Assembly: GCA_017308135.1 (NCBI GenBank) | Contig: JAFKFM010000014.1 | Span: 65,507-129,506, forward strand | DNA: 64,000 bases | Direction: 5' to 3' | Source: Alphaproteobacteria bacterium | Lineage (GTDB): Bacteria; Pseudomonadota; Alphaproteobacteria; CACIAM-22H2 | In this document: positions 29,307-38,803 of the stretch, piece after piece | Layout: each line of letters begins with the position of its first letter | How positions within the stretch are numbered: the stretch's first letter is position 1 | Notes under the pieces: generated by a model | Databases searched by the model: none | What the model was told of the DNA's origin: nothing | Seen by the model: the letters and a program-made list of their open reading frames with translations, nothing else | Translations under genes and position numbers: made by a program

Positions 29307-30776
29307 ATGATGCAAAACTTCGACGTGATTTCGTGTTTCATCGGCGGCAAGAGCGAGCAGGGCGGCAACTATTTCGAGAAGCGCTATCCGGCGACCGGAG
29401 AGGTCATTGCGAAGGTGGTCGAGTCGGACCAGGCGCAGGTTGATCGTGCTGTCGATGCTGCGCGCAAAGCGCTGTCAGGTCCCTGGAAGAACACCACCAT
29501 GCTCGAGCGTGCTGCGTTCCTGGAACGCCTTGCAAACAAGCTCGATGAGCACATCGATGAACTCGTCGCCGAAGAAATCAAGGATACCGGGAAGCCCATA
29601 ACCGCGACCCGTAATGTCGAAATTCCGCGCGCTATCGCGAATTTCCGGGCGTTCGCGGCGATTGCCCGCGAAGATCATCTCAAGCCATTTCAGACGAATA
29701 TGCTCGCGGGAGGCGTCGCGGACAACATGGTGCTGCGACAGCCAATCGGAGTCATCGGGATTGTCGCGCCGTGGAATCTCCCGCTGCTGCTTCTGACCTG
29801 GAAGGTTGCGCCAGCGCTTGTCTGCGGCAACACCATTGTCGTGAAGCCTTCGGAGCATTCACCGCGCACCGCTGTTCTGCTGGCTAAAATCGCGCATGCG
29901 GTCGGGCTGCCTGATGGCGTGCTCAACGTCGTGCACGGTCACGGCGCGGATGCGGCCGGAAGTTTCCTCGTGTCGCATTCCGATGTCGGTGCGATCACGT
30001 TCACGGGCGAAACACGAACGGGCGAGGTAATCATGAAGGCTGCGGCCATGGGTCCGCGCCCGGTTTCGCTTGAACTTGGTGGAAAGAACGCCGCGGTCAT
30101 TTTCGATGATGCTGACTTCGATGCCGCAGCTGCGGGTACGGTCCGCTCCATGTTCGACAATTGCGGGCAGGTGTGTCTGACGACCGAGCGCATCTTTGTG
30201 CATCGCAAGATATTTGCGCCGTTTGTCGAGCGTCTTGCGGATCTCACGAAGAAGCTTCAGCCGGGCGACCCGCACCTTGCGGTGACGACCTTGGGGCCGG
30301 CGATCAGTGATATTCAACGCGACAAGGTTCTGGGCTTTTACCGCCGGGCCGAGCAGGAAGGCGCCCAGGTCGTCACCGGCGGAGGCGCGTTGCAGATGCC
30401 TGCGTCTTTCGCGGATGGCTATTGGGTCGCGCCGACGATCTGGACCGGCCTGCCTGACGATGCGGAAGTCTGTCAAAGAGAGGTGTTCGGCCCCTGCGGA
30501 CATATTTCGGTTTTCGATGATGACGACGAAGTCGTGAAGCGGGTCAACAATTCGAGTTACGGTCTCGCATCGACGGTGTGGACGAAAAACATGGAGCGGG
30601 CACGCAAGGTCGCCACGGAAATCGAAACCGGGACGGTATGGGTGAACTGCTGGCGGGTGCGCGATGAGCGGGCGGCTTTCGGCGGCTTCAAGCGTTCAGG
30701 CATCGGCCGGGAAGGCGGGACGTGGTCGCTCGATTTCTACTCCGAATTGAAGACGGTTTGCGCTTATACGTCGTGA
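29307..30776 (+). CDS. NAD(P)-dependent aldehyde dehydrogenase, hydroxymuconic-semialdehyde dehydrogenase-like
   Basis: ALDH motifs ELGGKNAAVIF and catalytic Cys in FDNCGQVC. 489 aa. Confidence 0.85.
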   Translation: MMQNFDVISCFIGGKSEQGGNYFEKRYPATGEVIAKVVESDQAQVDRAVDAARKALSGPWKNTTMLERAAFLERLANKLDEHIDELVAEEIKDTGKPITATRNVEIPRAIANFRAFAAIAREDHLKPFQTNMLAGGVADNMVLRQPIGVIGIVAPWNLPLLLLTWKVAPALVCGNTIVVKPSEHSPRTAVLLAKIAHAVGLPDGVLNVVHGHGADAAGSFLVSHSDVGAITFTGETRTGEVIMKAAAMGPRPVSLELGGKNAAVIFDDADFDAAAAGTVRSMFDNCGQVCLTTERIFVHRKIFAPFVERLADLTKKLQPGDPHLAVTTLGPAISDIQRDKVLGFYRRAEQEGAQVVTGGGALQMPASFADGYWVAPTIWTGLPDDAEVCQREVFGPCGHISVFDDDDEVVKRVNNSSYGLASTVWTKNMERARKVATEIETGTVWVNCWRVRDERAAFGGFKRSGIGREGGTWSLDFYSELKTVCAYTS

Positions 30777-30895
30777 GTCCGCATGTCCGGCTGAGGCGCA
30801 TTGCGTTTGCCGCTGCCCACAACAACAGCAGCGTCTGCCCTATATTTGGTGCAGAAAGGCGGCGGGAGTGGCTTGCTAGGCAGAGGCAAAACGTG

Positions 30896-30928
30896 TTGAC
30901 TGCCGTCATATTGGCTTTATATTAAAGC
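30896..30928 (+). promoter_or_regulatory. Putative promoter TTGACT-17-TATATT with perfect dyad GCTTTA-tat-TAAAGC overlapping the -10
   Basis: Read from the sequence. About 50 nt upstream of the flavin reductase GTG start. Confidence 0.45.
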
Positions 30929-30977
30929 TAATATTGCAAATGAACATGGGGCTGGTTTCGTCAATGAGGTTGCGTCC

Positions 30978-31496
30978 GTGCAGGATCGTGCTTTCAGGCG
31001 TACGTTAGGGGAATTTGCGACCGGCGTTGCCGTGGTGACGGCGCGCGGCAGGGGCGATGATCTGGTCGGAATGACGATGAGTTCGTTCAATTCCGTTTCC
31101 GTCGATCCTCCGCTTGTCCTCTTTAGCGTCGATCGAAAGGCTCTCAGCCTGCCGGCGATGCAGGAAGCCAAAGGCTTCGCAATCAACGTGCTGGCGCGCG
31201 AGCAGGAAAACGTTTCCAATCAATTCGCGCGGGCTCTCTCCAACAAATGGGATCAGGTGAAGACGAGCGTCGGTCATGCCGAAGCTCCGCTGATTTCCGG
31301 CGCGCTAGCTCATTTTGAGTGCGAACCCTATGCGACTTACGATGGCGGCGACCACGTTATTTTCGTGGTGCGCGTCGTTCGCTATTCATCGCATCCGTCC
31401 TCGCCCGCGCCGCTGGTTTTCTTCCGTGGCCGCTATCGCGATTTGGTTGATGAAGCCGAGCGGACACCCGAGTGGCCACTCCCCATTCATTACTGA
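30978..31496 (+). CDS. NAD(P)H-flavin reductase (HpaC/flavin reductase-like domain)
   Basis: FRRTLGEFATGVAVVTA...GMTMSSFNSVSVDPPLVLFSV matches flavin reductase domains. Confidence 0.8.
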   Translation: MQDRAFRRTLGEFATGVAVVTARGRGDDLVGMTMSSFNSVSVDPPLVLFSVDRKALSLPAMQEAKGFAINVLAREQENVSNQFARALSNKWDQVKTSVGHAEAPLISGALAHFECEPYATYDGGDHVIFVVRVVRYSSHPSSPAPLVFFRGRYRDLVDEAERTPEWPLPIHY

Positions 31497-31708
31497 CATG
31501 CCGGCAGTGGAGATTCCTGTTTTGATCGGAAAGACCCGACCATCGCCAAGGCTGCTTCGATCGCGCAGACGTTCTGCTCGCTCGGCCGGGGCGCGGTTCG
31601 TTCCGAATTCGGTTCGCGTTACCGGCCGACGCTTGATTTCTATGGCCCGAGCGGCATTGTTGCCGCGCAGGGCAGGACCGCCTGATTTATTCTTCAAGGA
31701 GAACGACA

Positions 31709-32089
31709 ATGCCAGTGAACAAGAAGCATGACGAATTCCACACGATTGACCTGAAGAGCGGTTGGGAAACCCCGGCAGGCTATCCGGCAGGCATCCAGCA
31801 AAAGATTCTGTCCGGTTCTCTTGATGAGACAAACAACCGCGGCACACGGACGCGGCTGCTTCGCTTTGAACCGGGCGTCTACACAACTGCGCCGTTCTCC
31901 CACGACTATTGGGAAGAAGTGTATCTCATCTCCGGCGATCTGATTGTTGGCAATGATGCGAACGGCGAAGGTGGCGAGAGCTTTCAGCCGAACACCTACG
32001 CCTGCCGCCCGCCGCATGCGAAGCATGGACCGTTCAAGTCCATCAATGGCTGCATGCTCGTTGAAATCCATTATTTCGATCCGGTCTGA
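31709..32089 (+). CDS. Cupin-domain protein
   Basis: 126 aa. The two-His cupin motif region YWEEVYLISGDL...HAKHGP. Confidence 0.65.
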   Translation: MPVNKKHDEFHTIDLKSGWETPAGYPAGIQQKILSGSLDETNNRGTRTRLLRFEPGVYTTAPFSHDYWEEVYLISGDLIVGNDANGEGGESFQPNTYACRPPHAKHGPFKSINGCMLVEIHYFDPV

Positions 32090-32097
32090 GGACAGGG

Positions 32098-32124
32098 CGG
32101 CCTTCACTTGTTCGCGAAGGCCGC
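32098..32124 (+). terminator. 9-bp GC-rich hairpin (GCGGCCTTC...GAAGGCCGC) followed by TTTCACTTT. Terminator or attenuator between the cupin gene and the transporter operon.
   Basis: Inverted repeat read from the sequence. Confidence 0.4.
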
Positions 32125-32145
32125 TTTCACTTTAAGGAGACAATC

Positions 32146-33441
32146 ATGAAGTTGAGGACGGCACTTTCCGCACTTGCGCTCGTCGGTAGCCTGGGAGCGA
32201 CCATGCCTGCGGTCGCTCAGACCAAGCCGGATTCGCTGGGGCTGGGTATTTTCACGTTTACGTCCGGACCGGCCGCTGCTTACGGGATGCCCGGCAAGAA
32301 CGCTGCGGACCTGATGATCGAGCAGATCAACGCAGCCGGCGGCATCGGCGGCGTGAAGATCGTGCCGACCTATGTCGATGAAGCCCAAGGCGCCCAAGGC
32401 GTCATCGCGGAGTATCGCCGCCTGTCTGGCGAGGCGAGCAATCAGGTGATGATTGCCGCGTTGTCGAGTGCGAACTGTCTCGCGCTGGCGCCTCTCGCCG
32501 AGCAGCTTCAGGTGCCGACGGTGGGCTGGAATTGCGATACGCATCATCTTCTGCTGGATGGCAAGAGCAAGTATGTGTTCCGTCCGAACGGCAACACCGT
32601 TCCCGAATTCGTCGCCTATGCGGTTTACCTTCTGGCCCGTAAGCCGGATGTAAAGACGGTTGCGATCATCAATCCGGACTATGCGTTCGGACATGATGCG
32701 GCGACGATCTTCAAGGCCGCGCTGAAAGCCCTGCGCCCGGATATCCAGGTGGTGGCCGAACTCTTCCCGAAGATGGGCTCGCCGAACTACCAGACCGAAA
32801 TTTCGCGCCTGACCACGGCGCGGCCAGATGTCGTGTTCTCCAACCTTTGGGGTGCGGATCTCGAAAACTTCGTGCGGCAAGCGCAGCCGCGCGGTCTTTT
32901 CAGCTCCAGCCAAGTTGTCCTTGCGCTCGGCGAAACTGTGCTGCAGCGCGTGCCGCTGCCGGAGGGTGTGATCGTCGGCGTGCTCGGCGATGGCTGGTGG
33001 ATGTCGCCAGACGCTGCGGCGAACGCGCAGACAAAGAAGTTTGTCGACGCGTATAAGGCTAAGTATGGCGAGTATCCGGTGTTCCCGTCGATCAAGATGG
33101 CGAATACGCTGCTCTACGTGAAGGCAGCCTATGAAGCCGCGATGAAGAAGAACGGTGGTAAGTGGCCGAGCCGCGCCGAACTCGTCGATGCGATGCGCGG
33201 AAGCAAGGTGCCGACGCTCACCGGCACCACTGTGACGCGTGCGGACAATGATGGCATGGTCGATCAGATCGTCGGCGTGACGGTGAAGTCGCCTAACCAG
33301 AGCTTCCCGGTGATCGGCGAGATGGTGCGTTACAAAGGCGATGCGCTGATGCCGAAGGAAGGACAGGATCCGATCGGCTGGATCTCGACCTTGACGCCGG
33401 CTTTTGCTGCTTCGCTTCCGAAGCCCGGTAGCTACAAGTAA
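32146..33441 (+). CDS. ABC transporter substrate-binding protein, LivK-like family, with signal peptide
   Basis: Signal peptide ALALVGSLGATMPAVA. Type-I periplasmic binding fold. Confidence 0.85.
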   Translation: MKLRTALSALALVGSLGATMPAVAQTKPDSLGLGIFTFTSGPAAAYGMPGKNAADLMIEQINAAGGIGGVKIVPTYVDEAQGAQGVIAEYRRLSGEASNQVMIAALSSANCLALAPLAEQLQVPTVGWNCDTHHLLLDGKSKYVFRPNGNTVPEFVAYAVYLLARKPDVKTVAIINPDYAFGHDAATIFKAALKALRPDIQVVAELFPKMGSPNYQTEISRLTTARPDVVFSNLWGADLENFVRQAQPRGLFSSSQVVLALGETVLQRVPLPEGVIVGVLGDGWWMSPDAAANAQTKKFVDAYKAKYGEYPVFPSIKMANTLLYVKAAYEAAMKKNGGKWPSRAELVDAMRGSKVPTLTGTTVTRADNDGMVDQIVGVTVKSPNQSFPVIGEMVRYKGDALMPKEGQDPIGWISTLTPAFAASLPKPGSYK

Positions 33442-33494
33442 TCCGTGACAGCTGGCCTCCCGCGACATATCCGCGGGAGGCCGTGCCGGAAAGC

Positions 33495-34403
33495 ATGGAA
33501 CCGACGATGAATGCAATCATCCCGCTCGCGCTGGATACGCTCTCCAGTGCTGCCCTGATCTTCTTTGCGGCAGTGGGACTCACACTCGTTTTCAACGTGC
33601 TGCGCGTCCTCAATGTCGCTCATGGCAGCTTCTATTCGATCGGCGCTTATGTCGCGGCATCGCTCTGCCTCTTTATCGTTAGCCGGCAGCTCAATCCCTA
33701 TCTCTCGTTTGTTGTGTTGCTGTTCAGCGCCGTTCTCGTCGCCGTGATCCTCGGGCCGCTGATCGAAAGCACCTTGATCCGCTGGACTTACGGAAAGTCC
33801 GAGGCCGTTCAGATCCTTATCACCTTCGGCCTGTTTCTCATTCTCGAAGATGTGCAGCGTATCGTGTTCGGCGTTCAGTCTCTCTACGAGGATGCGCCCA
33901 TGCGGTTGATGGGCTCGACGGCCATCGGCGGCATTGTCTATCTCAACTATCAGATTGCCCTGATCGCGATGGCGGTCCTCGTCGTTATCGGTCTGCGCCT
34001 CCTCATCAAGCATACGCGATATGGCCGCCTGATTACCGCCGTGGTGTTCGATCGGGAGATGGCTCAATCGATCGGCATCGACACCAACAGGATTTTCATT
34101 CTTGCCTTTTCGCTCGGCGTTTTCTTGGCTGCCCTCGGCGGCGCGCTGGCGGTGCCGACCTCGGGGGTTGCCCCCGGATTGGGCGCAGACACGATGGTGC
34201 TGGCATTCGCTGTCGCGGCCATCGGTGGGCTTGGCCAGATCGAGGGGGCCGCGCTCGCTGCGCTGATCGTTGCGCTGGCGCGGGTACTTGCGATCTATTT
34301 TGCGCCCTCGCTGGATGCGGTTGCACCCTATGCCGCGATGCTGATCGTCCTGCTGGTTCGCCCCTATGGTCTATTTGGTTCGGTCACTGCGAGGCGGATA
34401 TGA
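33495..34403 (+). CDS. ABC transporter permease (LivH-like)
   Basis: LNVAHGSFYSIGAYV motif. Start uncertain (33483, 33495 or 33504). Confidence 0.8.
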   Translation: MEPTMNAIIPLALDTLSSAALIFFAAVGLTLVFNVLRVLNVAHGSFYSIGAYVAASLCLFIVSRQLNPYLSFVVLLFSAVLVAVILGPLIESTLIRWTYGKSEAVQILITFGLFLILEDVQRIVFGVQSLYEDAPMRLMGSTAIGGIVYLNYQIALIAMAVLVVIGLRLLIKHTRYGRLITAVVFDREMAQSIGIDTNRIFILAFSLGVFLAALGGALAVPTSGVAPGLGADTMVLAFAVAAIGGLGQIEGAALAALIVALARVLAIYFAPSLDAVAPYAAMLIVLLVRPYGLFGSVTARRI

Positions 34404-35326
34404 TACGCACCCTTGTCTTTGTCCTCGCGGTTCTTGCGCTTGTCATTGCGCCCACGGTCGCGCCCTGGCTCGAATTCGTGCTCACGATCGCCATCGCCAA
34501 GGGCTTCGCTGCGCTCGGTGTCGCCATCCTGTTGCGCGCCGGCCTAATCTCCATCGGTCATGCCATGTTCTTTGCCATCAGCGCCTATGGCGTGGCTTTC
34601 TTCGCGGGGAGCGGCATATCGGATTTTGGCATCCTGCTGGTGTTGTCGGTGGTTGTTGCGGGGATGGCGGGAGCGGTGGTCGGCGCTTTTCTTGTCCGTT
34701 ATCGCGCCATCTTTTTCGCGATGCTCAACCTTGCGGTCTCCATGGTGTTCTATGCGCTGTTCGCCAAGCTTTACGGCATCACTGGCGGCACCGACGGCAT
34801 GCCGGTTCCCGTGCCGCATGTGTTCGGCCTTGCACTCAGCGAGCCTGCCTTCAAGAACGTGTTGTTCTACGGCAGCGTGGCGTTAATGGTGCTGGTAGGG
34901 TTTCTGGTTCATCGTTATCTCGATAGCCCGCTCGGTCATGCCCTGTCGGCGGTTCACACCAATGAGGTGCGCCTCGAATATCTTGGCGTTCCTGTCTGGG
35001 CTGTTCTGCTGGTTGCTTATGTTCTGTCGGCGATGCTCGCGGGTATTGGCGGCGCGATCTCCGCTTTCGCTATCGGCCGCGTGGTTCCGGATTTCGCATT
35101 CTGGACGGCATCGGGCCATCTCGTTCTGGTCGCGGTGTTCGGCGGAATCGGCGGCGTGCCCGGTGCCTTTATCGGGGCGCTGTTTCTTGAACTCTTGCAC
35201 ACCAAGGCCGCGGCTTACACCGATGCCTGGAATCTGATCGTGGGGGCGACGCTGATCGCCGTCATCATGTTCCTGCCGAAAGGGCTTTACGGTCTTTTCT
35301 CCCGTAGCGAGGTTTCGGCCCAATGA
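34400..35326 (+). CDS. ABC transporter permease (LivM-like)
   Basis: Polytopic membrane protein. ATGA overlap with the upstream gene. Confidence 0.8.
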   Translation: MIRTLVFVLAVLALVIAPTVAPWLEFVLTIAIAKGFAALGVAILLRAGLISIGHAMFFAISAYGVAFFAGSGISDFGILLVLSVVVAGMAGAVVGAFLVRYRAIFFAMLNLAVSMVFYALFAKLYGITGGTDGMPVPVPHVFGLALSEPAFKNVLFYGSVALMVLVGFLVHRYLDSPLGHALSAVHTNEVRLEYLGVPVWAVLLVAYVLSAMLAGIGGAISAFAIGRVVPDFAFWTASGHLVLVAVFGGIGGVPGAFIGALFLELLHTKAAAYTDAWNLIVGATLIAVIMFLPKGLYGLFSRSEVSAQ

Positions 35327-36069
35327 GCGCTCCGATTCTGCAGGCGAGAAATCTGCACGTTGAATTCAGCGGTGTGAAGGCGGCCGACGGCGTCAGCCTC
35401 GACATCAATGAGGGTGAATTTCTCGCGGTGATCGGGCCGAACGGCTCCGGAAAGACAACGCTGCTCAATCTCTGCACCGGGTACGTCCGGCCGAGGTCAG
35501 GCAGTGTTCTTCTCGACGGCCATGCGATTACCGGGCTGACGCCGCGCGCCATCACGCGTCGTGGCGTCGCGCGGGCCTTCCAGATCCCGCAACTGTTCTC
35601 TGACCAGACCGTGCTCGACAACATGATGCTGGCGCTTGCGGCGAAGGACGGTCTGTGGACCATGGTGCGCCCGCTCGGATCGCGAGCCCGGCGCGACGAG
35701 GCGATAGCGCTGCTGGACCTGATCGGATTGCGGGATGATCGCAATCGCGTCAGCCGTACCTTGCCAGAAGGTCACCGCAAACTGCTCGATATCGCGGTGG
35801 CGCTGGCGCTGAAGCCGCGCCTGCTGCTGCTCGATGAGCCGACCAGCGGCGTCAGCACGCTCGAACGGTTTTCGCTGATGGAATCGCTGATGAGCGCGCT
35901 TCGTCAGCGCAGCATCACCGCGCTGTTCGTGGAGCACGATATGGATGTGGTGGCGCGTTATGCCAATCGTGTTCTGGTCTGGAACGCCGGCACCATCATG
36001 GCCCAGGGGCATCCCGACGAAATCTTCAAGGATGAGCGCGTCCTGAAAAATGTCATAGGTGTCGCATGA
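35323..36069 (+). CDS. ABC transporter ATP-binding protein (LivG-like)
   Basis: GPNGSGKTTLL Walker A. Confidence 0.85.
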   Translation: MSAPILQARNLHVEFSGVKAADGVSLDINEGEFLAVIGPNGSGKTTLLNLCTGYVRPRSGSVLLDGHAITGLTPRAITRRGVARAFQIPQLFSDQTVLDNMMLALAAKDGLWTMVRPLGSRARRDEAIALLDLIGLRDDRNRVSRTLPEGHRKLLDIAVALALKPRLLLLDEPTSGVSTLERFSLMESLMSALRQRSITALFVEHDMDVVARYANRVLVWNAGTIMAQGHPDEIFKDERVLKNVIGVA

Positions 36070-36764
36070 CATTGGCGCTCGACAAGGTCGCGGTCTCGAT
36101 CGAAGGCGTTCCGGTCCTGCGCGGCGTCTGCTGCGAGATTCTTGAACGCAAGACGACGATTCTGATCGGACGCAATGGCGCGGGAAAGACCACCACGCTG
36201 CGCGCGATCATGGGGCTTCTGCCGCTCGACGGCGGCGACATCCGCCTCGATGGCGAGGATTTGCGCAAGCAGCCGGCGCATTATCGCGCGCGTGCCGGAA
36301 TTGGCTACGCGCCCGAAGACCGTCGTCTGGTGCCGGAAATGAGCGTCGAGGAAAACATCCGTCTTCCGGGGCTTGCGCTTGATCTCGACAAGGCCGAGAT
36401 CAAGCTACGGCTCGAAGAGATCTATACATTTCTTCCGCAGTTGCATGTGATGCGGTTGCGGCCGGGCGGCGGGGTGTCCGGCGGTCAGGGCAAGATGGTG
36501 GCGCTGGGCCGCGCGCTGATGGTCGCACGCAAGGTGCTGCTGTTGGACGAACCGTTTCAGGGGCTTGCTCCGGCGCTCGCGCTGGACTATGCGCGGACGC
36601 TGGGCGAACTGCGCAAGCACCGCCCGGATCTGGCGCTGTTCATCACCGAATCCACGCCCGCGCTACTCAATGCGATCGCCGATCGCACCTTGCGGATCGA
36701 GCGCGGCGAAATTTCCGAACAATCCACGCATCTAGCGGAGAACGAGAATGCTTCTGCAGTTTGA
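36066..36764 (+). CDS. ABC transporter ATP-binding protein (LivF-like)
   Basis: GRNGAGKTTTL Walker A. Confidence 0.85.
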   Translation: MTLALDKVAVSIEGVPVLRGVCCEILERKTTILIGRNGAGKTTTLRAIMGLLPLDGGDIRLDGEDLRKQPAHYRARAGIGYAPEDRRLVPEMSVEENIRLPGLALDLDKAEIKLRLEEIYTFLPQLHVMRLRPGGGVSGGQGKMVALGRALMVARKVLLLDEPFQGLAPALALDYARTLGELRKHRPDLALFITESTPALLNAIADRTLRIERGEISEQSTHLAENENASAV

Positions 36765-37431
36765 TCGCATCGCCAAGGACCGAACGGACCGGATTGGTAT
36801 CAACATCGAGACTCTGGTGATCGCCGGCTGGGCGGGGCGTGACGTGGCCGCGATCGAGCATCATATTGAGGAATTGGCGGCGATCGGCGTGCCGCGCCCT
36901 TCGACCACGCCGCTCTATTACCGGGTGGCGGCGCAGACGCTGACTCAGGCCGACCAGCTTACCGTTCTCGGCCCGGACAGTTCCGGCGAGATCGAGCCGG
37001 TCGTGGTCGCCATGGCTGATGGTCTGTGGATTGGCATCGGCTCCGACCACACCGACCGCAAGGCGGAAGCCGCTGGTATTGCGCTGTCAAAACAGCTTTG
37101 CGGCAAGCCGGTGGGGCGGCAGCTCTGGTCCTACGCGGATGTCGAAGGACACTGGGACGAACTCACCCTGCGTTCGTGGGCTGTCATCGATGGCGCGCGC
37201 GTCCTATATCAGGAGAGCAAGGTCGCGAGCCTGCGGACGCCGCGCGACCTTATCCGCAAGTATGCCGATGCCGAAACATTGCAGCCCGGCACGCTGATGT
37301 TCTGCGGCACGCCTGGCGCGATTGGTGGTATCCGTCCGGCGTCGCGCTTTGAGATGGAACTGCACGATCCGGTGCTGAAGCGTTCACTGAACTATGCTTA
37401 TGATATCAAGGTGCTTCCGGTCGTATCCTGA
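36748..37431 (+). CDS. Conserved hypothetical protein, DUF2848-like with a possible FAH-like C-terminal motif (GTPGAIGG)
   Basis: 227 aa. GGAG RBS. The start overlaps the LivF-like 3' end by 17 nt. Family assignment is from memory and uncertain. Confidence 0.5.
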   Translation: MLLQFDRIAKDRTDRIGINIETLVIAGWAGRDVAAIEHHIEELAAIGVPRPSTTPLYYRVAAQTLTQADQLTVLGPDSSGEIEPVVVAMADGLWIGIGSDHTDRKAEAAGIALSKQLCGKPVGRQLWSYADVEGHWDELTLRSWAVIDGARVLYQESKVASLRTPRDLIRKYADAETLQPGTLMFCGTPGAIGGIRPASRFEMELHDPVLKRSLNYAYDIKVLPVVS

Positions 37432-37481
37432 GCGCTGGCCGGATACATCTTCCTCACCAACTCCCGCATGAGACCTTGCCG

Positions 37482-38771
37482 ATGTCTGCTGTTCAACGTC
37501 TGGAAGCCGCGCTTGCGCGCATTGCCTCGCCCGATCTGGAAGGGAAGAAGGCTTTCACCGCTGTCTTTACGGAGAGCGCCCGGCGTGAGGCCGAGGCAGC
37601 CGATCGGCGTGAGACGTCAGGGCAGTCGCTCGGGCCTCTGGACGGTCGCATCGTCTCGGTGAAGGCGCTGTACGACGTGGCGGGCACGGTGACTACGGCG
37701 GGCTCGGCGGTTCTGCGCGGCCTGCCGCCTGCCGCGAAGGATGCTGCCGTCGTACAGCGCTTGCGTGCGGCAGGAGCGGTCATCATCGGCAAGACTCAGA
37801 TGACGGAATATGCGTTCTCGGCACTCGGCACCAATCCGCATGACGGCACGCCGGGCAATCCGCGCGATCGTCAGTGGGTGCCGGGCGGTTCGTCGTCAGG
37901 CGCGGTGGTCTCGGTGGTGGATGGTATGGCCGAGATCGCCATCGGCAGCGATACCGGTGGCTCGATCCGCATTCCGGCGGCATTGTCCGGCGCTGTCGGC
38001 TTCAAGCCGACGCGTGGCCGCGTACCGCTGGACGGTTCATTCTCGCTGTCCTCGAGCCTCGATACTCTTGGTCCCATTGCATCGAGCGTGCGTGACTGCG
38101 CGCTCACCGATCAGGTGTTGTCGGAAGAAGGCAGCGGTGCGCTGAGTGCAGCGCCTGCAGAGTCCTTTAAGTTGACAGTGGCGCACGGACGGTTGTTCGA
38201 TCGCTGCGAGCCGGAAATCCTGGCCGCATTCGAAGATGCCTTGGCGCGGCTGCGCAAGGCGGGCCTCCGGATCGCGGACGGTTCGATGGACAAGGCGCTC
38301 GATGACGTTGCCGCCATCGACAAGATCGGGACTTTTCCTTCGATCGAACTGGGCGCGACTCTCGTCGGCCTCGGCGTCACCAGCCTCGATGGCATCGATC
38401 CCAAGACGCGCGTGCGCATCGAGGCAGGTGCCAATATCAAGGCGGTCGATTACGTTCGCATGGTTCGGCTTCGCGATGCGGCGGTTCGTGCTTTTGAAGC
38501 GTCGTTCGAATCTGACGAAGCCTTCATCGTGCCGACCACGCCCATCCGTGCGCCGCTCTTGTCGGCGGTCGAAAGCGATGCAGGATTCCATGAGGCCAAC
38601 GGACTGGTGCTGCGCAATCCGCGCGTTGCCAATATGCTCGACTGCCCGTCGGTATCGTTGCCTTTGCCCATCAACGGGCTTCCCGCTGGACTCATGCTGA
38701 TCGGCCGCAGGAACGCGGACCGCAAGCTGCTTGAGATAGCTGCTGCCATCGAGGCTATCCTGCAGCGTTGA
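37482..38771 (+). CDS. Amidase (amidase-signature family)
   Basis: GGSSSGAVVSVVDGMAEIAIGSDTGGSIRIPAA signature. Catalytic Lys context SVKALYDV. Confidence 0.8.
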   Translation: MSAVQRLEAALARIASPDLEGKKAFTAVFTESARREAEAADRRETSGQSLGPLDGRIVSVKALYDVAGTVTTAGSAVLRGLPPAAKDAAVVQRLRAAGAVIIGKTQMTEYAFSALGTNPHDGTPGNPRDRQWVPGGSSSGAVVSVVDGMAEIAIGSDTGGSIRIPAALSGAVGFKPTRGRVPLDGSFSLSSSLDTLGPIASSVRDCALTDQVLSEEGSGALSAAPAESFKLTVAHGRLFDRCEPEILAAFEDALARLRKAGLRIADGSMDKALDDVAAIDKIGTFPSIELGATLVGLGVTSLDGIDPKTRVRIEAGANIKAVDYVRMVRLRDAAVRAFEASFESDEAFIVPTTPIRAPLLSAVESDAGFHEANGLVLRNPRVANMLDCPSVSLPLPINGLPAGLMLIGRRNADRKLLEIAAAIEAILQR

Positions 38772-38803
38772 GAATCCGGCGCCTGACGGCACGACAGCAC
38801 CCC

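Noticed and set aside
32104-33516. 470-aa ORF antisense to the binding-protein gene at 32146-33441
   Set aside because: The binding protein has a signal peptide and the type-I fold. The antisense translation is Arg/His-rich.
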